From the NCBI GenBank assembly GCA_035510735.1, contig DATKGN010000003.1, positions 14,208-78,207 on the forward strand: a stretch of DNA of 64,000 bases. Direction: 5' to 3'. The position numbers and the translations under genes are program-made. This DNA is from Patescibacteria group bacterium. Its GTDB lineage: Bacteria; Patescibacteriota; Microgenomatia; UBA10105; UBA927. Under the pieces are notes generated by a model that did not search any database, was not told the DNA's origin, and saw only the letters and a program-made list of their open reading frames with translations. Of the stretch, positions 38,643-49,104 are shown piece after piece (the stretch's first letter is position 1; every line of letters starts with the position of its first letter).

Positions 38643-40463
38643 ATGCATAAACGGGTATGGGGTTTTCTTGTAACGCTTGGTCTACTGGCTGCTTTGTTCA
38701 TCGTCAATCCATCTAAAGCTTTCGCTTCAGGGGAATTCCAAGCTGATTATGCTGTTGAATATGCCGTCGCCCCAAGCGGTATCACCATCGTCACACAGAA
38801 TGTAACGCTAACGAACAAAGAATCCAACCTTTACCCGCAGAAATATTCCATTATTATAGATTCGCAAAAAATTAAAAATGTTCTTGCGTATGATAATGGC
38901 GGACTGGTGACACCCCAGATAACTCAAACGAACGGAAAAACCGATATTATCCTCGCGTTTAACCAGCAAATCGTTGGTTTAGGTAAACAGCTCCATTTTA
39001 CTCTTCGATATGAAGATGATGAGATAGCACAAAGGTTGGGGACTATTTGGGAAATAAACATTCCCGGAGTTGCAAACGATCCTGATCTCGCGACCTATAC
39101 GGTCACGCTCCGCGTGCCACCGGTTTTCGGAACGAATGCATATATGACGCCGCCTCCCGCCTCGGGAACAGAGTGGACGAAAGATCAGATGGTTTCAGGC
39201 GGTATCAGTGCCGCCTATGGAACACAGCAGGGTTTTGATTTAGGGCTCTCATATTATCTATCCAATCCGGGAGGGTCTCCGAAATCTATGGAAATTGCAC
39301 TTCCGCCCGATACGGCGTTTCAGAAAATTCTCATTAAATCAATTGATCCCAAACCGGAAACGGTTCTTAAGGATGAGGATGGGAACTGGCTAGCCCAGTA
39401 CAATCTTTTGCCCGGCCAATCGATAGAGGTGCATACCGATATTACTGCGGCAATCCACCTCTCTCCGTTCTCAGGATCAGCAGAGCCTCTCGCTGACCGC
39501 AACGTATACCTCCGACCACAAAAATATTGGGAAACACAGAGTCAACAAATAATTGATTTAGCAAAAACCTATAAAACTCCCCGTGATATCTATAATTATG
39601 TGACCCATACCCTTTCATATGATTATACACGCGTTAATGGATTAGCCGTCCGTAAGGGTGCTGTTGCCGCTCTCGCGGACCCGGCGCATTCGATCTGCAT
39701 GGAATTTACGGACTTATTTGTTGCGATGGCCCGTGCTGCAGGTATTCCTGCCCGTGAAGTGATCGGGTACGCGTATACGACAAACTCTAAACTCAGACCG
39801 CTTTCGTTGGTTTCCGATGTGCTTCATGCATGGCCTGAATTTTATGATGATGCTCAGAAAATTTGGATTCCGGTTGACCCGACGTGGGCAAATACCACCG
39901 GTGGTATTGATTATTTTGATAAACTAGATTTCAATCACATTGCTTTTTCCTTCGATGGCGTTTCAAGTGAATATCCATACCCAGCTGGTTTTTATAAAAA
40001 GCCGGGGGCAACAACAAAGGATGTTCAAGTACAATTTGCCGATACGCCCCCTAATTTGCAGGAAGGGAAGCTTACTGTATCGTATGTCTTTTCACCCTCA
40101 GCTACATCAGGCTTGCCGGTTAAAGGGACAGTGATCGTGCAAAACGACAACGGATCGGCTGTCCATACGGCGACGATTGGCATACAGACACTCCCTTTTG
40201 ATGTTGCGATGACGAAAACGTTTATTGATATTCCGCCTTTAGCCCGGCTTAGTATTCCCGTTACCATGCCGCTACCTGGCTATTTTCTCAAAGGCACCGG
40301 GGTGATTGCGGTCAATGTGAACGGAGAAACAACACAATTTAATTTTGATATAAAACCGTTTGTTTATACATTTATCATTCCGCTGTTTATACTCTCTCTT
40401 ATATTGGTAGTTGCCGGTTGGCTTCTGGCAAAAAGATCAAATATATGGAAACATCGCGCATAG
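38643..40463 (+). CDS. Secreted/membrane-anchored transglutaminase-like protein
   Basis: Signal peptide, ICMEFTDLF..MARAAGIPAR, HAWPE, W.PVDPTW, C-terminal TM. Confidence 0.85.
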   Translation: MHKRVWGFLVTLGLLAALFIVNPSKAFASGEFQADYAVEYAVAPSGITIVTQNVTLTNKESNLYPQKYSIIIDSQKIKNVLAYDNGGLVTPQITQTNGKTDIILAFNQQIVGLGKQLHFTLRYEDDEIAQRLGTIWEINIPGVANDPDLATYTVTLRVPPVFGTNAYMTPPPASGTEWTKDQMVSGGISAAYGTQQGFDLGLSYYLSNPGGSPKSMEIALPPDTAFQKILIKSIDPKPETVLKDEDGNWLAQYNLLPGQSIEVHTDITAAIHLSPFSGSAEPLADRNVYLRPQKYWETQSQQIIDLAKTYKTPRDIYNYVTHTLSYDYTRVNGLAVRKGAVAALADPAHSICMEFTDLFVAMARAAGIPAREVIGYAYTTNSKLRPLSLVSDVLHAWPEFYDDAQKIWIPVDPTWANTTGGIDYFDKLDFNHIAFSFDGVSSEYPYPAGFYKKPGATTKDVQVQFADTPPNLQEGKLTVSYVFSPSATSGLPVKGTVIVQNDNGSAVHTATIGIQTLPFDVAMTKTFIDIPPLARLSIPVTMPLPGYFLKGTGVIAVNVNGETTQFNFDIKPFVYTFIIPLFILSLILVVAGWLLAKRSNIWKHRA

Positions 40464-41785
40464 TCGCTGCATTACCCCATACGCCCGGTGTGTATATCTA
40501 TCGGGATAAACACAATGAGGTCATTTATGTCGGTAAGGCAAAGGATCTTAAGCGGCGCGTATCCCAGTATTTCGCACGCGACGATGCCGTTGGGCCGAAA
40601 ACTCCTCTTCTTGTCAGTAAGATTGCCAGGATCCGCGTCATTAAAACGTCAAGCGAATTTGATGCACTTCTTCTTGAAGCAAAACTGATTCGTGAATATA
40701 AACCGAAATATAACGTAGTCCTGAAAGACGATAAAAGTCCGCTTTATATTGTTATTACTCTATCAGAAATTCTACCACATGTGATTTTTATCAGAAGGTC
40801 GGATATTGAGCATACAGTTCATGATCAGGATGTGCTTTTCGGTCCGTTCCAGTCAGGAAGAATTGTGCGGTCAATGCTCAGGCACTTACGGCACACCATC
40901 CCATTCTGTACACAGAACAGGAGAACCGGTACCGCGTGTTTTTATACGCATATCGGGTTATGCGCCCCCTGTCCATCAGTTGTCGAAAAACTTGAAGAGG
41001 GTCAAGAAAGAAGTACATTGACTCATCTTTACCGTCAAAATATATTCCGTTTACGGGATATATTGTCCGGAGAGGCAAAACAAGTGCTCTTTGACATGGA
41101 AAAGGAAATGAAAGCACAGGCGGGAGCCGAACAATTTGAAGAAGCGGCAATTACACGGACGCATATCGAAAACCTTTATCAGATGATAAAAAAAAGCTAT
41201 GACCCTTCTGTCTACATTACCCACGCAGGTGCGATGGAGCAGTTGTACAAAAATGAACTTACATCACTTAGGGACGTATTATTGCCGTATTATCCAACGC
41301 TCAGAAATCCTGACCGGATAGAATGTGTTGATATTTCAAATACGGGTGGTGCGTTTGCAACAGGATCGCTCGTCGTGCTTTCTGACGGCGTCGTAGATCG
41401 AAGTCAGTATCGTCGGTTCAAAATTCGGGGTAAGGATGCGCCCAATGATTTCGCAATGGTCGCTGAAGTTATTACCAGACGTTTTAATCACCCTGAATGG
41501 CAGTTTCCTGATCTTTTAGTGATTGATGGGGGAAAAGGCCAATTACACGCGGCACAAACAGTACTTCAGGCGAAATCTATGACGATTCCCGTCATTGGCC
41601 TTGCGAAACGATATGAAGAAATTGTTGTATATGTCAGGGATACGTGGAAAATTATCCGTCTGCCTCTCACGAGTCCGGCTCTCCACGTTCTTGAACGCCT
41701 GCGTGATGAATCGCACCGGTTTGCCCTCACCTATCACCGGAAGCTGCGGAGTATGTCTTTCCTACCCGAGGCCGGAGCCAAATAG
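40445..41785 (+). CDS. uvrC: UvrC-like excinuclease (no C-terminal HhH)
   Basis: PGVY..IYVGKA GIY-YIG, RIECVDISN, PDLLVIDGGKGQ, RDESHRFA. Confidence 0.9.
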   Translation: METSRIVAALPHTPGVYIYRDKHNEVIYVGKAKDLKRRVSQYFARDDAVGPKTPLLVSKIARIRVIKTSSEFDALLLEAKLIREYKPKYNVVLKDDKSPLYIVITLSEILPHVIFIRRSDIEHTVHDQDVLFGPFQSGRIVRSMLRHLRHTIPFCTQNRRTGTACFYTHIGLCAPCPSVVEKLEEGQERSTLTHLYRQNIFRLRDILSGEAKQVLFDMEKEMKAQAGAEQFEEAAITRTHIENLYQMIKKSYDPSVYITHAGAMEQLYKNELTSLRDVLLPYYPTLRNPDRIECVDISNTGGAFATGSLVVLSDGVVDRSQYRRFKIRGKDAPNDFAMVAEVITRRFNHPEWQFPDLLVIDGGKGQLHAAQTVLQAKSMTIPVIGLAKRYEEIVVYVRDTWKIIRLPLTSPALHVLERLRDESHRFALTYHRKLRSMSFLPEAGAK

Positions 41786-41828
41786 CTTCGTTTGACCATG
41801 TTTCTATGATCTGATACCATTACACCAC

Positions 41829-42233
41829 ATGAAGCATGTCGTTCGTGTGTTCCTGTTTAACGTGTTTGCTCTCTGGATAACAAGCCAATTTTTCCCGACG
41901 CTCGTTATCCCGCACGGCTGGCAGGTCACATTGTTTGCAGGGCTTATGTTAAGTATTCTTATGCTTATCGTTGCACCGCTGCTTAGAATTTTATTCATCC
42001 CGATAAATATTTTGACCTTCGGGCTTTTGTCCTGGTTTATCAATGTTATTGTTATATTTTTATTAACGATTTTCGTTCCTGAGATACGGATTATGCCATG
42101 GACGTTTCCGGGTAGCACGTGGTCCGGCTTCAGCATTCCTGCCGTACATTTATCCTATTTCCTTGCGCTCATTCTCACCTCTCTAAGCATTACTACCATT
42201 GCTGATTTTCTGCATTACGTAAGTGAGGATTAA
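41829..42233 (+). CDS. Phage holin-like (YvlD-type 4-TM) membrane protein
   Basis: PLLRILFIPINILTFGL..W.IN motif. Confidence 0.8.
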   Translation: MKHVVRVFLFNVFALWITSQFFPTLVIPHGWQVTLFAGLMLSILMLIVAPLLRILFIPINILTFGLLSWFINVIVIFLLTIFVPEIRIMPWTFPGSTWSGFSIPAVHLSYFLALILTSLSITTIADFLHYVSED

Positions 42234-42235
42234 GT

Positions 42236-43225
42236 ATGAATAAACTTCCGAATATTGTTTGTATTGGCGGTGGGACGGGAACATTTGTCGCGCTTAAGGG
42301 ACTGAAGCATTTCCCGAGCCGACTAAGCGCAATTGTAACGATGAGTGATAGCGGCGGGAGCAATCAGCGGATTCGTGATGAATTCGGACTTCTGCCGACC
42401 TCTGATATCCGCCAATGCCTCGTCGCCTTATCTGATGAAAACGGAGGTGTCGGCCTTTTGCGAAAACTTTTTATGTATCGGTTTGAAAAAGGACGGGGGA
42501 TCAGAGGCATGACATTCGGCAACCTATTTATGGCTGCTCTGTCTGATATTCTGGGTTCACAGGAAGAAGCTATTCGGCAGACGGGTAAAGTGCTTCGTAT
42601 TCAGGGAACCGTTATCCCCGTATCATTAACCGATACGAATTTATTTGCAGTTTATGAAGACGGACATATTCTCACGGAAGAGCATTTAATTGATGAACCG
42701 CCGCATGACGGCAAAATGGCGATTACCGATGTGTATCTGAAACCGAAAGCAAAAGCAAATCCGGAAGCGCTCCAGGCTATCGCAAAAGCAGATCTCATTG
42801 TTTTGGGACCGGGAGACTTATATACGAGCCTCTTACCCAATTTACTTATACGTGACGTCTCTCAGGCCATTAGCGCTTCAAAAGCGAAAAAAATATATAT
42901 TGTCAATCTTATGACGAAATACGGTCAGACATATAACTATACCGCCGGCGACCACGTGAACGTTATAGAAAAATATATTGGTAAAACACTTAATTATGTC
43001 ATTCTCAATAACGGTAAAATCCCAGAGTCAGCCTTAACTATTTATGAGAAGGGACATGAAGTGCCGGTTGTCGACAATTTAAAAGACAGCGGCCGACTGA
43101 AAATTATACGGGCCGATTTAGTCAGCAAGCAGTTTACCAATCTCTCAAAAAGCGATACACTAGTACGAAGTCTTATCCGGCATGATAGTGATAAGCTTGC
43201 TAGCGAGCTTATTCGGTTAACCTAA
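42236..43225 (+). CDS. yvcK: YvcK/UPF0052 (CofD-like) protein
   Basis: IGGGTG, DSGGS, D.R.CL.AL, FGNL, GPG.LYTS, RHD. Confidence 0.9.
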   Translation: MNKLPNIVCIGGGTGTFVALKGLKHFPSRLSAIVTMSDSGGSNQRIRDEFGLLPTSDIRQCLVALSDENGGVGLLRKLFMYRFEKGRGIRGMTFGNLFMAALSDILGSQEEAIRQTGKVLRIQGTVIPVSLTDTNLFAVYEDGHILTEEHLIDEPPHDGKMAITDVYLKPKAKANPEALQAIAKADLIVLGPGDLYTSLLPNLLIRDVSQAISASKAKKIYIVNLMTKYGQTYNYTAGDHVNVIEKYIGKTLNYVILNNGKIPESALTIYEKGHEVPVVDNLKDSGRLKIIRADLVSKQFTNLSKSDTLVRSLIRHDSDKLASELIRLT

Positions 43226-43238
43226 CATTGGTTCGCGT

Positions 43239-43454
43239 ATGAAAATAGTCATCTTATCAGTGCATATCATAATCGCGGTTGGTCTTATTACGCTTATTCT
43301 TCTTCAAAACGGTAAGGGGGGACTGGGCGGCGCGTTCGGAGGCGGAGAATTTTACCGGAGCAAACGGGGCGCGGAGCGCGTTGTTTTTGTCGCTACGATC
43401 GTATTTAGTACCGCTTTTTTCATCACGTCGGTCCTAAACTTATTAATTCATTAA
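43239..43454 (+). CDS. secG: Preprotein translocase subunit SecG
   Basis: ILLQ..KGGLGGAFGG, RGAE, 2 TM. Confidence 0.9.
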   Translation: MKIVILSVHIIIAVGLITLILLQNGKGGLGGAFGGGEFYRSKRGAERVVFVATIVFSTAFFITSVLNLLIH

Positions 43455-43464
43455 TCGATTCTTT

Positions 43465-44814
43465 ATGACGGCATTTCGTAGATGGCGGATCTTCTATCTT
43501 GTGGTGATTGAGCTTGCCCAGAAATATACGAAAGCACTCTTGGGTGGATTCGTCGCAGGGTTCCTGTTAAGCATGTTATTTTCCCGCGTATATCCTTTTA
43601 TTGCTCAGCAATGGTTAACTCAAACCGACCGTATTGGTATCGTCGGAGAGTTTACACCGAATCTGCTTCCCTTGGCCATACAAAATCAAATCAGCTATGG
43701 CTTAACCCGCTTAAACGAAGACGGGTCTGTTTCACCCGGACTTGCGACATCGTGGGTGGCGACAGACAGTGGGAAAATATTTACGTTTTATTTACGTAAG
43801 GACGTAAATTGGCATGACGGTAAACCAGTGACTGCCCAAGACATAAATTATAATATTAAAAATGTGACGTTCACCGTTGTCAACAATTCAACGATTCACG
43901 TTATATTAGACAATCCATACAGCCCGTTTCCTGTTTTATTATCAAAACCGCTTTTTAAGCCGGGGCTCGATGGATTCGGATTATATAAAGTTGTAAGCAT
44001 TCAATTAAACGGTGATAAAGTCAGTTATATAAAACTCGGCCCCGTTACCTCAAAAATCAATCACGGTAAGGTGCTTGAGTACCGTTTCTACCCGACTGAG
44101 GCAGCTGCTATTCTCGCATATAAACTTGGAGAGATAGATACGATTAACGACTTATCCGCTCCTAATGATTTATCGCATTGGGGCAAGACAACAGTTGATG
44201 AGGTAACAAGATATAACAGAATAGTGACCCTGTTTTTCAACCTGTCAGATCAGCTATTGGCGGATAAATCATTGCGGCAAACACTCGCGATCTCACTTCC
44301 TGATTTTCCGGGCGAGCGTGCGGATTCTCCTATTTCAAAAAAATCATGGGCGTATACCGATAAGATAAAGACATTTGTGACGAATATGGGCCTCGCGAAA
44401 AAGGATCTTGCGTCTGAAAAAATATCATCAGAGTCCGCTAACCTTACGATTACGACATTTTCACAATATATTGATGTCGCTCAGTCCATTGCAGATAATT
44501 GGACATCTATCGGTATTCCGACAAGCGTGAAAGTTGTTAATGTATTGCCATCTGACTATCAAATCCTTTTAAGTGCTCAGGAATTACCTCCTGACCCTGA
44601 TCAATATCCGTTCTGGCACTCAACGCAGACCCAGACCAATATTACCGGCTATTCTAATGTAAAAATTGACAAGCTCTTAGAGGATGGACGACAGGAACTC
44701 GACACAACAAAACGGATAGCAATTTATGCAGACTTCCAGCGTCGTCTTGTTGACGAAGCCCCGGCGCTCTTTCTTTACTACGCCAAGTCCTATACGGTGA
44801 GGAGAGCTTTGTGA
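43465..44814 (+). CDS. ABC peptide substrate-binding protein (SBP family 5)
   Basis: PGLATSW, FYLRKDVNWHDGKPVTAQD, PDQYPFWHS, IDKLLE.GR. Confidence 0.85.
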   Translation: MTAFRRWRIFYLVVIELAQKYTKALLGGFVAGFLLSMLFSRVYPFIAQQWLTQTDRIGIVGEFTPNLLPLAIQNQISYGLTRLNEDGSVSPGLATSWVATDSGKIFTFYLRKDVNWHDGKPVTAQDINYNIKNVTFTVVNNSTIHVILDNPYSPFPVLLSKPLFKPGLDGFGLYKVVSIQLNGDKVSYIKLGPVTSKINHGKVLEYRFYPTEAAAILAYKLGEIDTINDLSAPNDLSHWGKTTVDEVTRYNRIVTLFFNLSDQLLADKSLRQTLAISLPDFPGERADSPISKKSWAYTDKIKTFVTNMGLAKKDLASEKISSESANLTITTFSQYIDVAQSIADNWTSIGIPTSVKVVNVLPSDYQILLSAQELPPDPDQYPFWHSTQTQTNITGYSNVKIDKLLEDGRQELDTTKRIAIYADFQRRLVDEAPALFLYYAKSYTVRRAL

Positions 44815-44835
44815 TTTCCTCTCCAAAGATCTGAA

Positions 44836-46014
44836 TTATTCGTAATGCAGGGCGTCGATAGGGGAAAGCTTCGAAGCACTGTAAGCAGGATAGCTGCCGA
44901 AAATTATGCCGATGATAACCGACACGCTCACCGAGGCGATAACCGGTATAATTGGCAATCCAAACGGAACTTTAACGAGCTGCGCTATAATATAACCAAT
45001 TCCAATCCCAAGGATTATACCGATAGCACCTCCAGTTACCGTAAGAATAATCGACTCTATGAGAAACTGGGTCAGTATATCCCGCCTGGTTGCGCCAATG
45101 GCTTTAAGAAGGCCGATTTCCTTTGTTCGTTCAGTTACGGTGACTAACATGATATTCATGATGCCTATCCCGCCGACGAGAAGTGATATGCCCGCGATGC
45201 CCGACAGGATCACGGTCAATATACCAAGAACGTTATTTATCGTTGAGAGTATATCGCGTGAGTTTGTTGCTACAAAGTTATCTTTTACGGACTGATCTGT
45301 GATCGAGTGACGCTCAAAAATGAGCGCTTTCGCATCCGCTTCAGTCTGGTCCAAAAACCGTGCGTCTTTTACATTGACATATGCCGCTTGTACATACGCT
45401 ACACCAAAAATTGTGCGCATTGCGGTTGAAACGGGAATAATGACCAGACCGTCCTCTTGACTATTTTTCGATGCGGTAACGCCGATGACCCGGAACGGAC
45501 GTGTGCCGACTTCTATGTTTTGCCCTATGGGGTCAGCACCCTCACCAAACAGGTCTTTCACGACGGTAGGTCCCAGTACGGCGACGCGTGAGATATTTGC
45601 GTTATCATCATCACCCACAAAGCTACCGCTCTGCATCACAATACCCAAAATATCCTGCATTGACGCACTGGCGCCAAATACGACTTCGGATTTATTTTGC
45701 CCGTTAGCAGAGACTGTTTCGTTACCCGCAAACCGTGAACCAACTTCGGCAACATTGGAAATTTCTCCCGGATCCCCGAGGGCCTTCACGTCGCCCGTTG
45801 TAATATTTATAATGCCCGTCGATGCGAATATAAGTAAGTTGGATCCAAGCGATGAAAACTGGCCGTTGATGTAGGCCGTAGCACCCTGAGAAATAATAAG
45901 AATAAGAATTACCGCCATTATACCGATAATAATGCCCAGCATGGTAAGGCCTGTGCGCAGCAGACTGCTTCGGAGTGCTGTTATTGCGGTCCTGAAAATT
46001 TCCTTTAAGTTCAT
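44836..46014 (-). CDS. MacB-type ABC permease
   Basis: LTMLGIIIGI, GGIGIMNIMLVTVTERTKEIG. Confidence 0.92.
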   Translation of the reverse strand: MNLKEIFRTAITALRSSLLRTGLTMLGIIIGIMAVILILIISQGATAYINGQFSSLGSNLLIFASTGIINITTGDVKALGDPGEISNVAEVGSRFAGNETVSANGQNKSEVVFGASASMQDILGIVMQSGSFVGDDDNANISRVAVLGPTVVKDLFGEGADPIGQNIEVGTRPFRVIGVTASKNSQEDGLVIIPVSTAMRTIFGVAYVQAAYVNVKDARFLDQTEADAKALIFERHSITDQSVKDNFVATNSRDILSTINNVLGILTVILSGIAGISLLVGGIGIMNIMLVTVTERTKEIGLLKAIGATRRDILTQFLIESIILTVTGGAIGIILGIGIGYIIAQLVKVPFGLPIIPVIASVSVSVIIGIIFGSYPAYSASKLSPIDALHYE

Positions 46015-46020
46015 AGCGTG

Positions 46021-46725
46021 TTACTTTGTTCGCTTACCGTTCGTTTCATCTGAAATAATAAGCCCGTCCCGAATATGGATAATGCGCTTCGCATAGTCCG
46101 CGATGTCTTTTTCGTGCGTAATAACGACAATCGTATGCCCCTGGCTGTTAAGTTCCCTGAAAAATTCCATTATTTCGTGCGATGTTGCGCTATCCAGATT
46201 ACCCGTTGGCTCATCAGCGAGAATAAGAGCTGGATTCATGACCAGTGCGCGTGCGATCGCTACACGTTGAATTTGTCCTCCTGATATATTATTGGATAGG
46301 TTTTCCGCTTTATCTGCGATATGAACGAGGGAAAGGGCTTCCATAACACGCTTTTTGCGTTCCGGTTCGGGAATATTTGCGTACATCATCGGCCGTTCGA
46401 CATTTTTAAATACAGTTGTCCGAGGAAGCAGGTTAAATGACTGAAACACAAATCCGATTTCCCGGTTTCGTATATGCGCCAGTTGGTCTTCGGTGTATTT
46501 ACTTATATCCGTATCTTTCAGTATATAGGAGCCGGTTGTTGGCGTATCCAATGCTCCCATGATATGCATCGTTGTCGACTTACCGCTCCCGGACGGGCCC
46601 ATGATAGCAACGAATTCCCCCTTATAAATAGTGAATGATATACCTTTCAGTGCAAGATAGAATGTGTCACCGGTTTTATAACTTTTGGTGATCTTCGTAA
46701 ACGTAATAAGTGGTTCGTGTTTCAT
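46021..46725 (-). CDS. ABC transporter ATP-binding protein (MacB/LolD type)
   Basis: [32 protein letters not shown]. Confidence 0.95.
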   Translation of the reverse strand: MKHEPLITFTKITKSYKTGDTFYLALKGISFTIYKGEFVAIMGPSGSGKSTTMHIMGALDTPTTGSYILKDTDISKYTEDQLAHIRNREIGFVFQSFNLLPRTTVFKNVERPMMYANIPEPERKKRVMEALSLVHIADKAENLSNNISGGQIQRVAIARALVMNPALILADEPTGNLDSATSHEIMEFFRELNSQGHTIVVITHEKDIADYAKRIIHIRDGLIISDETNGKRTK

Positions 46726-46738
46726 GCATACGTCTCCG

Positions 46739-47965
46739 TTAGTTGCCCGTTAGTGAAGCTGTCTGCAACGTTGTTGTCCCTCCGATGATGACCTTTTCAC
46801 CGGCTGTGGCTCCGGTGACAAGCTCCGTGCGGTCAGCTCCTTTTATTCCTGTCGTCACCTTCACGAAGATCGCCTTGCCATTTTTATCGAGCGTTTGGAT
46901 AGCTTTGGTTCCTTTATACGGACGTATTGCGGCATTGACGACCGTAAGTACATTTTCATGCTTATTCGTGTCTATGGATAGGTTTACCGTCATACCCGGT
47001 TTGATAAGTTCTGTTCCGTCATCCACCGAAGCAAATATGTTGTAGTTAATGACGCCCGCCACATTAGTCCCATATTCATCGGCCTGGATAATTTTTCCGG
47101 TAAACGTTTTATCCAAAATTGCATCAAATGTGATGGTAGCTGTGTCGCCGACTTTAATTTTATTAATGTCAACTTCATTGACAGACGCCTTTACAGTCAA
47201 CGCTTTGCCCGTTGAAATGATCAGGACAGGTATGGCGGAACCGCCTGTCACCTGTAGGGTTGCACTGACAAGTGTGCCTACAACACCATCTAAATTATGA
47301 ACAGAGCCAGAAACCGGAGCGGCTACTACAGAGTCTTGGGTAGCCTGGTAGGCAAGATATGTATTTGTGGCTGCGGCCTGCGCGCTTGCGATCATGCTTT
47401 GCTGATTCTTATAATTTGCTTCAGCCAAAAGCCAGTTATCCTGAACCGTCGTAAATTGGGTAAGTGTGCGATTTGTTGTATTCGGGCTGGTGTCTGAGTT
47501 TTGAAACGTTGAATTTTCAGCAATGTCTGTGTATACCTTCCACGCGCTGTACATAACTGATTGTAGTCCATAGAGCTGTGCGTTGGCTGCGTCAAGCGAG
47601 CTTTTTGCTGCGGCGTATGCCGCCCACGCTGCATCCTTTTGTTGCGGTGTTGCCGTACTTGTGATTTTAAATAATTTTTGACCTAATAGAACAGTATCGC
47701 CGTTTTTTACATAAATATCCGTAAGTATGCCGTTCGTTGGGGAGGGGATATCGTATTCTCCGGCCACGGCCACATTTCCCGTTTCCGTTACCACTTCGGT
47801 TATCGTGCCTCTGGTCACGCTGTCGAATGTATAGCTAGGCTTATTCCCTTTAATGATTTTAACGACGATGAGCAAAATGACGAAGAGTATAATGCCGTAA
47901 ACAACCTTTCTTTTCCAGGAAAGTTTGGCGACCCATTGACCTATGCCTGATATTTTACGTTTCAT
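46739..47965 (-). CDS. MacA-like periplasmic adaptor
   Basis: N-terminal TM, VKNGD.V, APVSG.V, VNEVDI..IKVG, IKPGMT; start MKRKISG assumed. Confidence 0.85.
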   Translation of the reverse strand: MKRKISGIGQWVAKLSWKRKVVYGIILFVILLIVVKIIKGNKPSYTFDSVTRGTITEVVTETGNVAVAGEYDIPSPTNGILTDIYVKNGDTVLLGQKLFKITSTATPQQKDAAWAAYAAAKSSLDAANAQLYGLQSVMYSAWKVYTDIAENSTFQNSDTSPNTTNRTLTQFTTVQDNWLLAEANYKNQQSMIASAQAAATNTYLAYQATQDSVVAAPVSGSVHNLDGVVGTLVSATLQVTGGSAIPVLIISTGKALTVKASVNEVDINKIKVGDTATITFDAILDKTFTGKIIQADEYGTNVAGVINYNIFASVDDGTELIKPGMTVNLSIDTNKHENVLTVVNAAIRPYKGTKAIQTLDKNGKAIFVKVTTGIKGADRTELVTGATAGEKVIIGGTTTLQTASLTGN

Positions 47966-48182
47966 ATTGAGCACAATTTTGTTTAATATATCCCCTAATA
48001 ACATAACTTCCTTATCAGAAAGGCTACTAAATATACGATCGCACTTTTCACTCTTGAGTGCAAGGAGGCGTTTTATTCTCGTTATTCTGTAACTTGCAAA
48101 AAACAGATAGTTAACTTGTGTTTGCTTTGCTATAATAGACAACAATACCAAGTGCGGTTTCGCGACTTGGCATTTATATTTT

Positions 48183-49094
48183 ATGGTAAAGACCGTCAGA
48201 TTACCCCGTAAAACAAACAAGCAAAAAAACGTAAAGGCGCCGCAATCGAAGCTCATGGTTTACGTGATTGCTTTGACCGTTATATCGGTCCTGTTGTTTA
48301 CAGGGGCATTTGCCATTTTCGAGCTACGTCCGACAAAAGAAACGGTCCGTTCTGAACGTAAAGTGATCCCAAGGGAGGTTCATGTCGCGCCACCTAAAAC
48401 GAATGTTCGGATTCCAATCCTCATGTACCACTATGTGGAGTATGTGAAGGATAAAAGAGATACGATCCGCCAAACTCTGGATGTGGTGCCCTTTACGTTT
48501 GAACAGCAGATTAAGACGTTAACTGAAGCTGGGTATACCTTCCTCACGGCGTCCGAGCTTGCAGATATTCTTGACGGAAAAATGGCTGTACCTCCGAAGC
48601 CCATACTCCTCACCTTTGATGACGGCCATTGGGATTTGTTTACCGATGTATTGCCAATTTTGGAAAAATATCATGTAAAAGCCACCGCGTATATTATTTC
48701 AGGATTTATCGGCGGCGCTGATTTCATGAACAAAGACCAACTTGAGGCTGTTATCCGGAGCGGCCTTATTGAAATCGGTGCCCATACCGTTCATCATATT
48801 TCACTTGCCCATAAAATACAGCCGGTCGTACAATTTGAAGTAGCGCATAGTAAAGAAGACTTAGAATCGCAATATCACGTGCACGTAGTATCATTTGCCT
48901 ATCCCAACGGTTCGTTTGACCAACAGGCGATAGATGCGGTAACGTTGGCCGGATTCAGAACTGCTGTATCGACAGTGCCAGGGATAGAGCAAAGTGATTC
49001 CAACCGCTTTTTTCTGTTCCGGCTTCGACCTGGAGGCAGAACCGGAGATACACTTCTTCATTATCTGGAACAAACTGTCTTTAAACCGTGGTAA
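48183..49094 (+). CDS. Polysaccharide deacetylase (CE4)
   Basis: PILMYH, LTFDDG, GAHTVHH, FAYPNG. Confidence 0.9.
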   Translation: MVKTVRLPRKTNKQKNVKAPQSKLMVYVIALTVISVLLFTGAFAIFELRPTKETVRSERKVIPREVHVAPPKTNVRIPILMYHYVEYVKDKRDTIRQTLDVVPFTFEQQIKTLTEAGYTFLTASELADILDGKMAVPPKPILLTFDDGHWDLFTDVLPILEKYHVKATAYIISGFIGGADFMNKDQLEAVIRSGLIEIGAHTVHHISLAHKIQPVVQFEVAHSKEDLESQYHVHVVSFAYPNGSFDQQAIDAVTLAGFRTAVSTVPGIEQSDSNRFFLFRLRPGGRTGDTLLHYLEQTVFKPW

Positions 49095-49104
49095 AAATAC
49101 ATTT

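Noticed and set aside
41829-42233. Holin-like gene as evidence of a prophage
   Set aside because: YvlD-type membrane protein in a housekeeping uvrC-yvcK-secG context; no phage genes nearby.
47966-48256. Long N-terminal extension of the MacA-like ORF
   Set aside because: Overlaps the divergent deacetylase gene and promoter; the likely start is 47965.
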